A stretch of 63,932 nucleotides of DNA, counting the filler, from Octopus bimaculoides (taxonomy: Eukaryota), in NCBI RefSeq assembly GCF_001194135.2. It is 8 parts of 8 records of this genome, joined end to end, with 100 filler letters (N's around TTAATTAATTAA, not from the genome) between each part and the next. Parts side by side here need not be neighbours in the genome. Positions count along the whole stretch, not along the records: positions 3,554 to 21,032 come from NC_068987.1; positions 21,133 to 33,031 come from NC_068993.1; 6 more parts are not named here. The stretch is one strand, 5' to 3'. Positions 12,827-25,827 of the stretch are shown here, piece after piece. Each line of letters opens with the position of its first letter. Positions within the stretch are counted from its first letter, which is position 1. A model generated the notes under the pieces. It worked only from the letters and a program-made list of their open reading frames with translations. It was not told the DNA's origin and did no database searches. A program made the position numbers and the translations under genes.

Positions 12827-13145
12827 AGGCGTGTGGCTCAGTGAACAGTTTATTCAGATCACGATCGTAAGATCGTAAGTTCGAATCATGGCCGAGCGTT
12901 GTGTATTTCAGCAAGGCATTTCCCTTCATGTTGCTCTAGTCCATTCAGCTGACAAAATGATTGGTACTTGTATTTCAAAGGGCCAGCTTTAACGCATTCT
13001 GTGTCGCGCTGAATATGCACGAAAAACACTTTGAGGGGACGCGTGTCCATGGAGTGTCCAGCCACCTGCACGTTAATTTCTCGAGCTAGCAGTTGCGTTG
13101 ATCAGATCGTCCTGGGCTCTTGTCGACCTAACCGACGGAGTAACA
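12827..13145 (+). mobile_element. tRNA-derived SINE family D (family C-like head and central part, different tail)
   Basis: TGGCTCAGTG A-box, AAGTTCGAATC B-box, GCAAGGCATTT..CATGTTGCTCTAGTCC central part, tail TGCACGTTAATTTC..GTTGATC..AACCGACGGAGT shared with 29598-29741. Confidence 0.75.
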
Positions 13146-14076
13146 GTGTGCGAAGGCATAAATAAACACGCAAAAACACGCATACTCACTCACATTCATA
13201 TAATTATATACTAAAAAAAAAATAGACGGACATTTAATAACACAAATACACACACCTATATATACAGTGTCGTTATCTGACTTTCTCTTTACCTATGTCT
13301 GTCTATAAAATTCAATATTTCACTAACCTATATAACATTATTCAACCTCATCAGAATGTTTGGAGATATTTTACCGTAATCTTTGAATTGTCTTCCCAAA
13401 CGATAACATAAAACGTGCATAAAATGTAATAGCTTCATAAAATATTTAACCTCTAACATGGATATTTTTGTCCAAATATTCTTTAATCGTTGAGTACCAT
13501 ATTTGTTTTGCTTTTTATTTTACACGTTCGGTATGTCGATTTCTACATTGTTTTTGTTTCGCCCTGCATCGCAGTTTTATTCGTTTATTCGGATTCTGTG
13601 CTATTTTATTTTATGGTGTATGTCTATTTAGTTTGGCCGTTTTTTGACTGGTTCTTTTTCGAGAATTCTTTGCATGATTAATATTATTTTGCGTATGTTT
13701 CATTGCCAATTTCTCAATCGGCTATCTTTGAACGAGCGGCACCACTTTTCATTACACGCGCGTGCGCCATCACACACATACACGCACCACACACAATTAT
13801 AAATACACAAGATTATGTATATGCATATATATATATATATATATANNNNNNNNNNNNNNNNNNNNNNNNNNNNNNNNNNNNNNNNNNNNNNNNNNNNNNN
13901 NNNNNNNNNNNNNNNNNNNNNNNNNNNNNNNNNNNNNNNNNNNNNNNNNNNNNNNNNNNNNNNNNNNNNNNNNNNNNNNNNNNNNNNNNNNNNNNNNNNN
14001 NNNNNNNNNNNNNNNNNNNNNNNNNNNNNNNNNNNNNNNNNNNNNNNNNNNNNNNNNNNNNNNNNNNNNNNNNNNN

Positions 14077-14143
<67 letters not shown>

Positions 14144-15304
14144 CATATATAAATGCATACACACATATATACATATGTATGTATTTGTACATTCGGAGTC
14201 AGAAACGCAGGGCATACAGCTATGTGTTTTTGCATATACGCATGTGTCTGTATGTTTCTGTCTTCGTTTATAACATCATGTGAATTTCACAGACCCTGTC
14301 CTTATACCACACGATATTACATTAAAAGTTTAATTATTCTCTGTCTTTTTTTACCAAGCTAACAAGAACTCATATTCCAACATAATAGGAATCTGGCAAT
14401 AACGAATCTACAACAACAAAACATTGTATGCAATAACAAACGACCGCTTTATTTTCCTCAACGGATTTTAATAATCACTTCCTTTTTTAGTTTCCCAATG
14501 TGAAAAGTTAAAGGGAAGAGAGTACCGCAACAAACAATTCTTTAATAAGAATTTCATTTATTTCAAACGTTATTTGCTGCTTTTGGTCTATGTAGCAGAA
14601 AATAAACTGTATATGTGTGTAAGTGTGTTTGTGAGTTTGTGTGTACATACATACATACATACATTTATATATATATATATANNNNNNNNNNNNNNNNNNN
14701 NNNNNNNNNNNNNNNNNNNNNNNNNNNNNNNNNNNNNNNNNNNNNNNNNNNNNNNNNNNNNNNNNNNNNNNNNNNNNNNNNNNNNNNNNNNNNNNNNNNN
14801 NNNNNNNNNNNNNNNNNNNNNNNNNNNNNNNNNNNNNNNNNNNNNNNNNNNNNNNNNNNNNNNNNNNNNNNNNNNNNNNNNNNNNNNNNNNNNNNNNNNN
14901 NNNNNNNNNNNNNNNNNNNNNNNNNNNNNNNNNNNNNNNNNNNNNNNNNNNNNNNNNNNNNNNNNNNNNTATATATATATATATATATCATATGTGCTAG
15001 TGTATGCCTTCATGTTTCTAAGCGTATACTTTGAGGCCAATTTCATTTTTGTCTGTTTTTCTTCATAAATATTTGAAATACGTTGAATGCCTTGTAACGG
15101 ATTTAATAATATTATTATATGTCATCATATCGGAAAGGCAATTTCAGAGAGTTTCCATTTTATTGCAATTCCACAGAATTTTCTTCATCTTCAGAAAGCA
15201 TTCATATTTGAAATTAAAATGAGCTTTACAGTCCCACTCGTTATCACACCAAATTTTGATCTAGCAGATTGTCAAAAGGCCAGCATTTTCGATGGAGGTA
15301 CTAA

Positions 15305-15450
15305 GTAGATTACATCGAGGCCAGTGCTCAATGAGTATTTGATCTATCGACCCTGAAAGAATGAAAGGCAATGTCGACCACAACAGAATTTGAACTCAGT
15401 TGATAATAAGCCTTTTCTCCCGCGTGATAACGGTTCTACCAGCTCACCGC
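15305..15450 (-). mobile_element. SINE family A, partial; its head runs into the adjacent minisatellite
   Basis: TATCGACCCTGAAAGAATGAAAGGCAATGTCGACC..GAATTTGAACTCAG, then ..TAACGGTTCTACCAGCTCACCGC. Confidence 0.75.
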
Positions 15451-15912
15451 TTTACGTCACACCATATATAACGGTTCTACCAGCTCGCAGCTTTATGTCA
15501 CACCATATATAACGATTCCACCAGCTCACCGCTTTACGTCACACCATATATATCGGTTCTACCAGCTCGCAGTTTTATGTCACACCATATATACCAATTC
15601 TACCAGCTCACCGCTTTGCGTCACATCATATATAACGGTTCCACCAGCTCCCCGTTTTACGTCACACCATATATAACGATTCCACCAGCTCAGCGCTTTA
15701 CGTCACACTATATATAACAATTCTTCCAGCACAGCGCTTTACGTCACACTATATATAACAATTCTACCAGCTCGCAGCTTTACGTTACACCATATATAAC
15801 GATTCCACCAGCTCCCCGCTTTACTTCCCACGATATATAACGATTCTACCAGCTTTACGTCACACCATATATAACGACTCTACCAGTTTGCCGTTTTACA
15901 TCACTCCATATA
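15428..15912. repeat. 41-bp minisatellite, 12 units (consensus TAACGGTTCTACCAGCTCACCGCTTTACGTCACACCATATA)
   Basis: Unit starts 15428, 15469, 15510 ... 15797; one 34-bp unit at 15838; last unit at 15872. Confidence 0.95.
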
Positions 15913-17039
15913 TCAGTTATTGTACAAAGTCAAAATTTATATGACTTTTACGACAGGTAACTCAGACCTCTACTTTCTAACAGTATTCGGTCGGATTAGT
16001 GCATTTCTTTGTATTCTTAGATGTATTATTAATGTCTTTATGAGATAATCCTAATAAGAAACGCCGTTGCTGACTTACCAAACATATGTTATTTAAGAAA
16101 CCCAACCACTTGAAGATGAAATTGTTTCCTCCACTCTGCTCCAATGCATAGCTTAAGTTCGAACAATTCAATGATGTAATCAGCAACATCACTCATTAAT
16201 TTACTTTTATTGTTAATGAGATCTAATTGAACTAAGAGGGAATTTAATCCCTGTGAGTAGTAGGCAATCCATAGCAACGTGTATGTCTCATCAGTTTAGC
16301 AATTAACATACATACCGGTGCAGTAATGTTTCAGAAATTGTTTAAATGTGTATTCAAAATATACTTTCCCTCATAGAAAAAAAAAATATATGAGATTACG
16401 AAATTACTCAGCTAATTTAAAGGTTTCAAGAATATAAGATCTGCGTATATACGATCGCGAATCCATAATAGCAAATCTACCATTCAATTCAATACCAACA
16501 GTAACTGTAATACCGCCATGATAATCACTAAATTGCTACGATTAATAATCAAAACCCCTCTTCTAATAACAATGAATATTTATTGGTGCCCCAACGTCAG
16601 GATACCAGGGTGTGAGCCTTGCGCTTGAAAATATTAGAAAACATTTTATATTGGTCAGTGGCAAAATCTATAGTAAAAACACGGTGTAAAGACTATGTCA
16701 GTTACATTCAATAATTTAATAAATATGATTTTAGTAATGATTGTAAGAGGATTTCGCACAGAGGCACACGAACGTGTTTATAGCAGCAGTTTTAATTTCA
16801 ATTAGATAAAGGATTGTATGTAGATTTGATTATCATAAATATTATATGTAATAAATGCTAACTTCCTAGAAAGTTCCTCTCAAGAAAAAAAAAAGTATTA
16901 TGACACTTTACATCCTGTCATTATGGGGGTTTCTGTTCTTGGATCAGTTTACATCTCAAATAGGTGACATGTGTACTAATAGAAAAACTATCTGACTGTT
17001 TGTACCGTAAAAGGTGTATTTTAATCAACATTTCATCAG

Positions 17040-18316
17040 AAATAATAAAAAATATCAAACGCCCACATGCTAGGTCAAAGGTTATGCATCATCAGCAAAA
17101 TGTGTCCTTCATGAACATTAGCAACCAATTAGGATGCAGGAAAACGGCTTGTATTCGAATATGGAAGTTTTACCAAGCAATTGGCCAATACAAAGATAGG
17201 CAAAGAACGGGCGCTTCGAGAAAAACAACAGTACAGATGGATCGGCGAATTCATAGATTCTCTGAAGGTAACCGAGTGCTAAAATCAGTGAACATTTGCA
17301 AACTGTTATCTGCGGAAACTGACGTCAGCTTGAGACCAGAAACTGTCAGAAGCCGCCTAAAAGAATTTGAATTGTTCGGCCGCATCACTCGAAAGAAGCC
17401 GATCATTTCTGAGACGAACCGGCAGATGCGGATCAAGTTTTCTAAAAGCCTATATTGAATGAACGGCCGAAGATTGACAAAGGCGTTTTTGGAGCGACAA
17501 ATCTCGCTTCTGCATCTTTGGATCAGACAGAAAGACTTATGTTAGACGCCGTCTAAACTGAAGAATTCCATCCTAAGTGTGTCAAGGAAACGCCGCAAGC
17601 GGGAGGGGAGCCAATGGCGTAGGCCGCGTTCAGCATGCATCCCAGCTTAGGTGTTGGTCCAATTGGCAAACTGAACGGTGTAGGCTAGGCTATCTGCAGT
17701 TAGTAATAGAAAATGTGCTGCCATATTTAAATAATCTGATGTCACCGGGATCTATTTTCCAGGAGCCCCGTTCATAAGGCTAGGAAAGTTTTGCAATATT
17801 TTGAGCGCAATAATATAGGGGTTATTGAGTGAACTTTGCAGAGCCCAGATTTGAATCCGATAGAAAATATATGAAATTATGTTTCTACAAGAGTCCATAC
17901 AAAAAAAAAACAACAACAACAGATTTGTCCCAATTACATAATTTTATTGAGGAAATACGACAGAACATTCCAAGTGTTTTTTTGTTTTTTTTGAGCTCAT
18001 TTGTCGAACTACTTGTCCCGCCGTTGTAAAGCCGTAATTGAAAATAATGGCTATGAAACTAGATACTAGTAATGAATTGTATTTTGTTGATCATTTGTGC
18101 CGTAAAGTTTCAATTTATACAAAATAACGTTGGTACTGTCTTACACTTATTTGTTGACAAGTTTTAATTACTTGAATTAATTGCGCATAAGAATTATTCA
18201 AATTGTAATTCTACATAAACTGTAAAAAGTAAAATAATTTTATACAGTTTTGTTGAAAATAATTTCATGAAGGAGTAGAACTGTCATCAACGGTCTTAAA
18301 CTTATTTTGGCCAGTG
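17040..18316 (+). mobile_element. Tc1-family transposon, decayed (left TIR not recognised, start approximate)
   Basis: HTH/linker region in ORF 16964-17458 (RTGASRKTT, TVRSRLKE..GRITRKKP), then FWSDKSRFCIFGSD, SPDLNPIEN and C-terminal NGYETRY*. Right end ..CTTATTTTGGCCAGTG|TA at 18316. Confidence 0.85.
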
Positions 18317-18714
18317 TATATATAGGCAGATTGAAAAGATTAGATTGAGTGGTGGTAATTGGAAGATTATTTTTACCTTTAAATGCAATCTGTAAATTCG
18401 TTCCAGTTATCATAATCTCTTGGTTAATCTTTAATTAATCGCGTGACATATCGATGAAATTGCCTTCATATCACAGATTACGATACTTAGAAATAATATT
18501 AAAGCACATCAAGAAAACCAAGACATTGAACATTTTAAGAAAACAGTGATACGCGATACAGAGTTAAAGGCAGCGTCCATACATACATACATACACACGT
18601 ACATACCTACCTACCTACATACATACATACATACATACATACATACATGCATACTACACATAACATAAATACATACATAAATACGTACACTCATGCACAA
18701 ACACACACATACAC

Positions 18715-18751
<37 letters not shown>

Positions 18752-19724
18752 CATACGCATATACATATGCACCCATAAATGAAGGAATTGATTGTGTGCT
18801 GTTTATTTCCGTTCTTTACACAACTAACCGTTTATTCTCCGATTATTTTAAAACAACATGAAAGAGGATTAAGCAGAGGAAGCGAACACTTGCATCATGT
18901 CTGTCATCTATTACCAACTGACTACTTTGGTTTTGCCATTTCGGGATTAATGCGATCGTAGCGTCTACTTTTATATCTTCTTGGCGGAAGAAACATGTTC
19001 CAATTAGTTTACAACAACAGCTAAATGAAATTGTTACTCTACTGGATTATGATGACCCGCCATTCTGTGGGATTTGTAACATCTCCAGCATTTTCTTGAA
19101 AGTGAACGAGAATGGATGTTACATGTGAGACTAGTTTTGAGAAAGAGGTACTCCTGGGTCGAGCAAAGACCGTGAAAAGGCATCTGGCATTGCGAACATA
19201 CACAAGTGCTGACAGCTTTCCACAAGTCGAGTGATGCGTTCGATGGCAGTGTCACTTTGTCGTTTTGTAGGTTGTTTGTGACGCGTAAAGGCGATGACCT
19301 TCTTATTAATTGAGAAGAATATATAGTGTTATGTTTTCAAAAGTGGAGTTTTGCAATCATATTGTATGCGGATACATTCATATATATATTTTTAAACAAA
19401 ACAAATATATTTTTTATTTATAATATACAGAATAAAATATGATCTCCGGTCGGACAAATTACGCTTTTACACAAATCAATCAACGAAATAATGAAAACAG
19501 TCTACTACACATTTTAAGGCGAAAAAGTATTTGAATTATACAAGGAAAAGTAAATTTATTTTGCTGAAAGAAATTTATATATTGCTGTAGTCATGACGGT
19601 TCACGTACCGGTATGTACACACGTAAGTATATGTGTGCATACATATGTATGTGGATATATATGTGTGTATGTGTATCTGTGGTGTGTGCGTGTGCGGTAG
19701 AGTGAATATATACATACATAAGTA

Positions 19725-19763
<39 letters not shown>

Positions 19764-20997
19764 ACATATATATGTACGTAATATATACTATTATATGTGC
19801 ATACGTGTATATGTATATTGGCATTAGTGTATGTAAATATATGAGTGCATGTGTATGCATGTATATACTGTATATATATATTTGTTTGTAAACAGATTGC
19901 AAGTATGTATGTGTGTGTGTGTGTGTGTGTGGTGTGTGTGTTAGTGTATGAATGTATGTGGGTTTAAACTGACGGTGAGTGAGTGTGTCTGTCTGTGTGT
20001 TTGAGTGAAACTCGTGTATTGCTATTACAAAATGAATCACTCAAAATTCGCAAATTAAATTTATTAGATTTATTTAGAACTTTGTTCAGTGTTGATTCAA
20101 TCAAATCCCATAGTGTGACCTTTAGGTTTCCTTTGGGTTAATACAACGAACTTGTCCGGTGTGTAGGGGTGTAGAAGACTGAAGAGACATGAAGATAAAA
20201 GTAAACTTACAGAGAGAGAGTGACAGAGAGAGAAAGTAAGAGAAATATATTAGACTGTAGTCGATTAGGAGTTGAGATTCTATGTGAAGAATGTGTTTTA
20301 TTTTCTAGTATGCTTCCTGATAGTGAAAAATAAATTAAAACGGATATCAAATTAGAAATATATCATAAACACAGACACGGAAGATTAGAAAGTCACACAC
20401 ATACACATACACGCACATGCACGCACACACACACACACACACCCCCACCCACATACACACACAAGCGCACACACTCTCACACAGAGCTAAACACAAATAT
20501 CACCTAATACATAGAGACACGCCTAAATAAACACAAACTCACAGAAGCGTACACATACATACACATAGCACATACTGATGCAGACATAAATAAACAGAGG
20601 CGTGTATTGACAAATAATCAAAGTATTGCTTACTCATATATATTATTATGTTGTGTTAATAGGTGTGTTTGTATGTCTTTGTGTATATGGTTGCAAATGT
20701 GTGTGTGTGTATGTGTGTTTGTTTAGAATCTTTTCAAGTCGATTTTGGCCGAATTCGAAATAGTACAGACGTAATAATACACATCGTGGCACACATTCTG
20801 AACCTCAGACTTATACTTTTTGTCCATCTATGTATCTAGTGTAGCCCTTTATCTGTCAATGCAGATGCAATTTATTTAATTCACGGAAAATTAAAATTAT
20901 CATCGACAAGTGAATGAGTTTATCAGTGTGTAAATTTATACATACATACATGCATACATACATACATGCATACACACATACACACACACACACACAC

Positions 20998-21032
<35 letters not shown>

Positions 21033-21132
21033 NNNNNNNNNNNNNNNNNNNNNNNNNNNNNNNNNNNNNNNNNNNNTTAATTAATTAANNNNNNNNNNNN
21101 NNNNNNNNNNNNNNNNNNNNNNNNNNNNNNNN
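21033..21132. other. Artificial six-frame-stop linker
   Basis: 44 N + TTAATTAATTAA + 44 N. Confidence 0.97.
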
Positions 21133-21184
<52 letters not shown>

Positions 21185-22069
21185 ATATAATTGTTGTTAT
21201 TGTAAATAATTGATCAAAATGTTATTTTATGTTTTGTTTCTTGTTTTTTTCTTCTCTTTTTTGTTTTTGTCCTTTTCTTTTTTATATCTATTTAAAATCA
21301 TCTTTGTTGTATATATTTTTGTTAGCAGCAAATAACAGTTTGTTTGAGAATTCTTGTTAATTCTTCTGGATATTATTTTTTGTTCTTGTACATATAATTT
21401 GTTTCGTTTTGTTTTATTTTGTTTTTTCTTCTTTCTCTAAATCCCCCTCTCCTATCCCCCCCTCTCGCTCTCTCTCTTTCTATCTATCTCTATTTCTAAC
21501 TCTGTTTGTCGTTGTTGGGGTTCTTATTATTATTTCTACGCCATTTGTCATAATTTGCGACTTCACAAGAAATTCTGAATAAATGGTAATATTTCAGTGA
21601 TTAGTCGTAGTAAACTGAAGTACAGATGACCGACAGAGTGAATACGGTAACGCCGTGCCGTGCCGTTATTATCGCACAATCAACCAACCCAGTCTTCGAG
21701 ATATTGACGTAAAATAATCTTATTACTAGGCCTTCGTGTGTGTTATGTGTCAGCCACCATTTTTACCTTGCTCTTAGTCTTTTGTTGCTTTCATCATCGT
21801 GTGACGTTGTTGCTGTGTGTTGCTGCCGTTACTTAGATCTTACTCATCTCTGTTTATACAGACCTATGGTTAAAATTAACGCAGCTGAATCTGTTGTCAA
21901 AAAGAGCTGGATTCTCAACCTATCTGTGAACCCCTTTGATTACTATTTCACTCTGATGGATCCAACATAGCCATTTAATGTTTTATAGAAACTGCTTTCA
22001 AAATCTCCATTTTGTATATCACACACATTAACATGTGTAGGTTGAACTATTCTTTTATTCTTTTGCTGT

Positions 22070-22301
22070 TTCTTTTACTTGTTTCAGTCATTTGACTGCG
22101 GCCATGCTGGAGCATCGCCTTTAGTCGGACAAATCGACTCCAGGACTTATTCTTTGTAAGCCTAGTAGTAATGTTATCGGACTCTTTTCTTTTTGCCAAA
22201 CCGCTAAGTTACGGGGACGTAAACACACCAACATCGGTTGTCAAGCGATGGTGGAGGGGGACAAACACATGCACACAAACATAAACCCACACAGACCAAA
22301 C

Positions 22302-22372
<71 letters not shown>

Positions 22373-22490
22373 CGACGGGCGTCTTTCAGTTTCCGTCAAC
22401 CAAATCCACTCACAAGGCTTTGGTTAGCCCGAGACTATAGTAGAAGACACTTGCCCAAGGTGCTACGCAGTGGGACTGAACCCGGTGCAT
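22070..22490 (-). mobile_element. SINE family B, near full length with internal (CA)/(TA) tract
   Basis: Collinear with 11053-11402; tail hairpin CAGTC-AAAT-GACTG at 22085-22098. Confidence 0.85.
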
Positions 22491-22669
22491 TTATGTTGTG
22501 TATATCGATTTTATCAACGGAAAGAACAAGAACTGGTACAGATGTGTGGTTTAAAAGCTCGATGGCACAACTTCGCCCTCCATACATAAAATACATAGAT
22601 AAGCGAGCGAACAACAAACAAGGTGCATCAGTCTGATGGTCAAGAAGAATGAAGAAGTCCCTGAGGTTT

Positions 22670-22840
22670 TGAGCTTACGTTCTTGAACAGAAGAACTTTC
22701 TATTTTTCTCCACTTCTTCTCTCTCTTCATCTGTATTCTCTCTTCATTCCTTTCTGTTGAAGAGCGCAGGCTCAAAATGTCAACTACGTCTCTATTCTTT
22801 CTGAAAATCAAACGAATACACATTGTTTGTTGTTCCCTCA
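22670..22840. mobile_element. Two divergently oriented family H3 hammerhead-like motifs
   Basis: Plus copy CTGTTGA-A-GAGC-GCAG-GCTC-AAAATGTC at 22754-22781; degenerate minus copy TTTTGAGCTTACGTTCTTGAACAG at about 22668-22691. Confidence 0.45.
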
Positions 22841-22920
22841 TCTGTCTCTCATTTTTTGAAGCATATATATATGTATGCATGTACCCGTGAATCAATGTAT
22901 GTATTTGTGTATGTATGTGT

Positions 22921-23153
22921 GTTATTTCTTTATTACCCACAAGAGGCTACATACAGAGGGGACAAACAAGAACAGACAAACGGATTAAGTCGATTATATC
23001 GACCCCAGTGCGTGACTGGTACTTATTTAATCGACCCCGAAAGGATGAAAGGCAAAGTCGACCTCGGCGGAATTTGAACTCAGAACGTAGCGGCAGACGA
23101 AATACCGCTAAGCATTTCGCTCGGCGTGCTAACGTTTCTGCCAGCTCACCGCC
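22921..23153 (-). mobile_element. Full-length young SINE family A
   Basis: Close reverse-complement match to 12422-12655, including the GTCCCCTCTG..GTAGCC..TTGTGGG..ATAAAGAAATAA tail. Confidence 0.92.
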
Positions 23154-23231
23154 GTATGTATGTGTGTATGTATGTATGTATGTATGTATGTATGTATGTA
23201 TGTATGTATGTATGTGTGTGTGTGTGAAGAT

Positions 23232-23575
23232 GCATTGCTCAGTGGTTAGGGCGTCGTGAGGTTGTGAGTTCTATTCCGGGCTGCGTGTTGCGTTCTTGAG
23301 CAAGACACTTTATTTCACGTTGCTCCAGGCCAATTAGCTGTAGAAATGCGTTGCGACGTCACTGATGCCAAGCTGTATCGGTCTTTGCCTTTTCCTTGGA
23401 TAGCATCGGTGGCATGGAGAGGAAAGGCTGGTACGCATGGGTGACTGCTGGTCTTCCATAAAAACAACCCTAGTTGTGCGTTCACCGGTGAGGCGACTTT
23501 CCGCCCGGACTCGAACCCCGGAACGGAACCTCCTTGGTGCACCCATGGTCATTCGTGACCGACGGAGTCGTGCGT
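23232..23575 (+). mobile_element. tRNA-derived SINE family C
   Basis: TTGCTCAGTGG A-box, GAGTTCTATTCC B-box, TTCTTGAGCAAGACACTTTATTTCACGTTGCTCCAG, GGGTGACTGCTGGTCTTCCATAAA. Confidence 0.85.
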
Positions 23576-24149
23576 CGAGAGTCGAAATGTACGTATGTGT
23601 GTGTGTGTGTGTGTGTATTTATGCATGTCATTACTCAGTTTTATTTCAAGATTTCTTGCCAATAGAAAAAGGGCCGGTTTCTAATCTAGATCCAAGGCTC
23701 CTTCAATGGAATTTCAATATCAACCACAGGGTATTTTCCGATGTATGTATGTATGTATGTATGTATGTATGCAGATTTGCATGTTTTCTTTTATGTATGT
23801 ATTCTCATGCATATATTTGCATATCTAGACATACTCATATATATTTAAATGATAAACTTCTGGAAAATTTTACAGATTTTTACCGTTCCAGTGATGGATT
23901 GCATCGGTAGACTTCGAATTAGCTCTCTCCTTTCCGGTTTTACGAAGCCTAATTTCTCAAGATTGGTATTTAGGGAGTGTGTAACATATCCCAGGGCCCC
24001 AATAATGTATGTACGTATGTATGTATCCATGTATGTATGAATGTATGCATTTATATATGCATGTATATATGTACGCTTGTATGTATCTTTGTATGCTTGT
24101 ATATATGTGTGCGTGCGTGTGTGCGTCTTTATATCTGAGCTTGTTACCC

Positions 24150-24340
24150 ACCCCACAGTTTGACAGCCGATATTGGTTTGTTCACGAATCCGTTTCCTAG
24201 CATTTCGGCAAAAGAAAGCGATAGAATAAATAGCTGACTTAATAAATAGGTACCGGAGAAGGGAGATATTTGTTCGACTTAAACCCTTCAATCAGGTGCC
24301 ACAGAATGGCCACAATTGCATGACTAATACAGCATAGTAG
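24150..24340 (+). mobile_element. SINE family B tail fragment, diverged
   Basis: TTTGACAGCCGATATTGGT..CGGCAAAAGAAAGCGATAGAATAA..TTTGTTCGACT..GGTGCCACAGAATGGCCAC. Confidence 0.65.
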
Positions 24341-25296
24341 ATTAAAAGCTCAATTTACAATACTTTTACGTTCATTTATATACATTGTTATAAATTACAT
24401 TTCTGCCATGATATATGCATATTTATATCCAGAACGAATAAAATACATTATAATGCTTGGCCCCTTTCACTTGGTGCCTTACGCATGTTCGGATATTATT
24501 GTTTAATGGCTAATCCGGGACTGCGTCGTCTTCGAAAATTCAGGCATTCTGACGTACTTCGATTGTTGAAGCTTGCTGAGAGCTTTAGCTCGTATAACAA
24601 GCATTATTCTACGCTGCGCTGGCCACTGAAGACATGAATAATACAAACTTATAAAACTCATACATGTAATTATATATATAAATATATATANNNNNNNNNN
24701 NNNNNNNNNNNNNNNNNNNNNNNNNNNNNNNNNNNNNNNNNNNNNNNNNNNNNNNNNNNNNNNNNNNNNNNNNNNNNNNNNNNNNNNNNNNNNNNNNNNN
24801 NNNNNNNNNNNNNNNNNNNNNNNNNNNNNNNNNNNNNNNNNNNNNNNNNNNNNNNNNNNNNNNNNNNNNNNNNNNNNNNNNNNNNNNNNNNNNNNNNNNN
24901 NNNNNNNNNNNNNNNNNNNNNNNNATATATATATACATATCTATATATATGTAATATAAATAATGTATATTTATATCTCATCTTTAGCACACACACACAC
25001 ACACACACACGCATATATCTAGGTGTGTGTGTATGCATGTATGTATGTATGCATGTATGTATGTATGTATGCATGTATGTATGTATGTATGTATGTATGT
25101 ATGTTTAAGTCCACGTGTTCTTTCATTCAGTCATGCTGAAATATAGTTTGCTGTTGTATACGCTGATCCATAAATCGATACAATGCTGATCCATTTATAT
25201 AACCACTCAGCCATACGTATGACCACACACACACACNNNNNNNNNNAATCGATACAATGCTGATCCATTTATATAACCACTCAGCCATACGTATGA

Positions 25297-25357
<61 letters not shown>

Positions 25358-25786
25358 CATACACACACGCCCATAAACCTACACATACACATACCTCGAT
25401 ATATACCTATTGGCACATATATATTCATACATGCTTGGACACGTATAAACATACATATACACACTGATACACACACACACACACACACACACATGCACAA
25501 GTACAAACATGCAATAAGCGACCTATTTTTACATACATGCATACAAACTCCAACAAACGCATACACAATCATACACACACAAACACGTACGAACAATAGA
25601 AACAACATACATATTTTGACACTCTTTCTGTCTCCCTCCGCCCCTCCCTCCGTCTATCTATCAATCTATCTATCTATCAATCGATCGATCGATCTATCTA
25701 TCTATATATCTTTCTGTCTATCTGCCTGTCTATCTGTCAGTCTGTGTCTGTTTGTCTATCTATCTGTCTGTCTGTCTGTTTATCTA

Positions 25787-25827
<41 letters not shown>

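Noticed and set aside
15428-15912. CRISPR-like array
   Set aside because: Contiguous tandem units without unique spacers, eukaryotic context, no cas genes
19030-19320. Possible mariner transposase C-terminal relic on the minus strand
   Set aside because: Motif similarity too weak by eye; needs a frameshift-aware profile search
25173-25310. Apparent tandem duplications around 10-N gaps (25237, 41316, 46960, 47105, 47257, 62355)
   Set aside because: The same sequence on both sides of a fixed 10-N spacer indicates unmerged contig overlaps
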